From Azolla caroliniana (lineage: Eukaryota; Plantae; Polypodiophyta): a stretch of 64,000 nucleotides of DNA. Where the stretch lies: positions 13,950,001 through 14,014,000 of the forward strand of contig JBHGNT010000005.1 of NCBI GenBank assembly GCA_043228905.1. Reading direction: 5' to 3'. The translations under genes and the position numbers were made by a program. The notes under the pieces were generated by a model. That model ran no database searches and was not told the origin of the DNA. It was given only the letters and a program-made list of their open reading frames with translations. Below, one piece after another: positions 60,961 to 64,000 of this stretch. Positions within the stretch are counted from its first letter, which is position 1; each line of letters opens with the position of its first letter.

Positions 60961-63289
60961 GTCACCAACTCTTCCATTCGGAAAAAGTTGGACCTGTCGT
61001 CGCTAGGCGAAAGGCATTTCGAAATCCCTCCTACAGAGGCATTGCAGAGATATTTCGGTCCGTATTCCTCCTCCACCAAGGCCTATAGAACGAAGCAGAT
61101 CCCAGATCCCTTCTTCCGTGAAGTCGCCAAGTTCCTGTTAGAGGTCGGTTGCGTACACATCAACACATATGGGATGCCCAAGCAGAAGGCGGGTATCATT
61201 ATTGATACCTTTGAAGGGCGTGCGGTCGATTGGGGGGTCATCACAGGATCGACATTAAGGGAAGTCTTGCATGCGTATCAAGGAGGCAAGAAGCTCAGGC
61301 TGATCATACAACGGTACCTTACGATGTTATTCCCACCCCAAAGCATGTTGGCATCGCAGCCCAGCCGACCCACGCCTCCGCCCCGATCCGCGAAGCGCAG
61401 GTTAGCGGAGTTAGCTGCCCTAGAGTGGGAAGCGGAACCCCAACCCGCCCAGCCAGACACACGGACAACGCAAGAAGAACAGCTAGCATGCTCCGCGGAA
61501 GCTGCCCTAGACCCAGACGTTGAAACACGGCATGATAGCCCCAGACCAAAATGGTGGAGATTGGACAGGAAAGATGGGTGGGGATTGGTCAAAGACGTCC
61601 CCACAGCGGCAAAGACAACGACCAAAGGCGATGGCTCCGCAGCTACGGAGCCCAATACCACCTTCGAAATCATTCGGGAGCCACGGCCGATCATTACGAC
61701 CCAGTCACAATGAGGGAAAGTCGTATTGAATTCTTGGCAATGCAACAGATAAAAGCTTCACAATGAATGGTCGAGGAGCACGCGGAGTGCCAGATGATCG
61801 AGCATGCCCTAACACAAACGGCGGAGAGCGACGATGAGGACCGGCTAGCCAGGGTCGGCAGACAGAGGAACGTTGGTGTACGCCCAGTGGGGATGCAGCT
61901 ACCCCTATTTAACATGGCCCCAGTCGAAGTCCATAGGGAACTAGCAAAGGTTAGCACGGGCGCCAAGGAGATGGCCATTAAAAATAAGAATGTCTGGAAG
62001 AAGGTGAAAATGACCCAAGCCGAGCTGCAAAAAGCCAACGAACGCATCGCGGAGTTGGAATCTAACGCGACTACGGAGCAACAGGCAACTCCGCCACCAA
62101 ACCATGCTATCGACGCTTTGAAGGAAGAAATTGAGGCTTAGACCGCCATCGCCTCAAAAGCGAAAAGGGCCATGCAACTAGTGGAATCAGAAATTGACCG
62201 CCTTCGAGCTGAACTACGCCAATTCTCAGACAGGGAAAAGAAGATCTGGGCTAACGGCTGGAAGGTAGTAAAAACCCTTGAAAAGAAACTCGTTGCGGAT
62301 GTAGCACAGCACATCCGGACAAAAGCCAAAAACGCCCAATTACAGGATGAAGCGAAGAAATCGTAGGTGGCAATCGCGGGACTCCAGACCTTATTGGAGA
62401 AAAAGAAGGTATGGTTCGACAAGCAGTTGGTGGTCGAACAGGAAAGAAGGCATCAGCTCGAAATCTGCCTAAACAATGAAATGGGGAAATTAGAAGAACA
62501 CCATGCAAAGGAATCCCAGTTCTGGGCGGGCCTGAAGACCATGTACGAAGAAGCGGCGGCAGTTAGTCAGCAAGAAATTGCAAACCTCAAGAAGTCGGTG
62601 GAGGACGCACACAACCGTTGCCAGGCCATCACAGACAACGTGCGTATCCTTCTACAAACAATCGGGAGAGGTTCACAGCGCAATTGAAAATGGCGCTAGA
62701 CAAAGGATGGATGGCGTGGGCAACCCAAGCAGCGGAATTGCACGCGTATCGTGCGGACTGGGAGAACCAGCGAAAAGACGGCCGAGGTTACTATAAACTA
62801 AATGAGGAGAGCATTGCAGTCATACACAAGGACCTAGCGCAAGACTATCGTGCACTAGTGGACCAACATTCTGAAGAACTCGCGTAGCTCTTAGATGATT
62901 TTGGTGAAAGCCAGGAGGAGCTATTTCACCAGATCACACAAGCCGGCAACACACGAACAAATGAGGAATCCATCGCGATGCCAATTCCGGGCACTGCCGA
63001 AGAAGAGGAACCTCAGGCCAGATCACCAGAAATTAGAACGACGGTGAACAGCACAGAACGACGAGCGGAGTCCCCCACAGTACCAGATAGTGAAACTGCT
63101 GCCCAAGAGGAGCCCCATCCGCAGGACCCCATGCTATCGATGGACCACACGGAGAACGTTGCGGGCCAGGTCAAATCGCAACCCCACTCCCCGGAGCGTA
63201 CAACGACGGCCGACACCACGGAGGAAGTGACGATTGAGACAGAGCCGCGCCAACCACCAGCACAACGACAGTTGAGCCCAACCCACTAG
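60960..63289 (+). pseudogene. Extra ORF of element B (N-terminus deleted and fused in frame to integrase)
   Basis: ORF 60613..61713 switches from integrase (QKVNGFRL) to extra-ORF sequence (VTNSSIRKKLDL). Coiled-coil ORFs follow at 61767-62887, then a P/T/E-rich tail. Confidence 0.75.
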
Positions 63290-63811
63290 CTCAAGAAGAG
63301 CCCATCGTACCCGGACTGCCCACACAGGATGACCGCGACACCAGGAGAAGCCATCCCGACCAAACAAGGGAACCACACCACGATGCACCTACGGGCCCTA
63401 TGTCGCCTCGGGACGGGGACACCGTAGCAGAGCCAAACATCCAGGCCATTTTGGAAGAAGATTAACGGGATGGGTCCGACGTGCCAGGTGTTGTCCGCCG
63501 GAATAGTAACCGACGGACAAGAGCCTAGGAATAAGAAATAATATAAGATCATAACGCATGTAATGGTTCACGCAGGAAGCGTGAACGGCTAAAAAGACCC
63601 TGTGTATATAAAGGGCAGAAAACCTCTAATAGAGGGAGCATGTAATTTTGGAATGTAAAGAAGTGTATCGTAATAGAATTCTATCTTGTCTGACTAGTAT
63701 CTCTGCCTCAGACAATGTATGGTTTGTCGACTCTAGAGCATCCAATCACATGACGTCTCATGAAGATTGGCTCCAAGATTTGCGAAAGCTCGATCAACCC
63801 GGCTAACTAGG

Positions 63812-64000
63812 TGTTACCCGTAGGAGTTGTACGGGGCGGTAAAAGGGTAAAACACATTGACGGGGTTGTTCGGTATGTGTAATGTATATGAGTGTGAAGA
63901 TGAGTATGTGTAAGCACATGCACAGTGTTGAGAGACAAGCTCAACGTCGGCCGGATCGGCTGAAGAAGCCGAGGACCGGATCGGTTGGGATCGATCGGTT
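63812..64000 (+). mobile_element. Start of another LTR-like sequence running off the window
   Basis: Contains TGTTGAGAGACAAGCTCAAC..GGATCGGCTGAAGAAGCCG, similar to C-family LTR starts and to the minus-strand LTR remnant at 20743-20815. Confidence 0.45.

Larger units (their letters stand above)
55181..63687 (+). mobile_element. Element B: non-chromovirus Ty3/Gypsy of the A family with extra ORF; 3' LTR truncated
   Basis: 5' LTR 55181-55621, PBS TGGCACACC 55626-55634, 3' LTR 63489-63687. Flanks GTCTG at 55176-55180 and 63688-63692. No PPT. Confidence 0.9.

Overview
Eukaryotic plant DNA, most likely a non-seed plant (fern/lycophyte-like; inferred from a Tcn1-type self-priming chromovirus). One intact host gene, a 6-exon SKU5-similar (SKS) multicopper oxidase-like gene (22344-26014, +), lies in a microsatellite-rich island between stacks of nested LTR retrotransposons whose ends are fixed by target-site duplications (TSDs). 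Left stack: Tcn1-like Gypsy E (8693-20742, -) with near-intact chromovirus F (8812-15829, +) inside its 3' LTR. Central stack: old Copia H > non-chromovirus Gypsy A (31214-53061, -) > Copia C (35201-46187, -) > young intact Tork/Tnt1-like Copia D (35942-41313, -), plus a solo LTR. Right stack: Copia I > Gypsy B (55181-63687, +). The most unusual signal is in the A/B Gypsy family (three copies here). A and B have no polypurine tract. In its place, just before the 3' LTR, is a sense-strand tRNA 3'-half mimic (T-arm ... GGCGTGCCA) complementary to the element's own PBS; the third copy shows the same motif cut by the window edge. The family also carries a large conserved extra ORF downstream of pol. 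All alignments were done by eye; no database searches were run.
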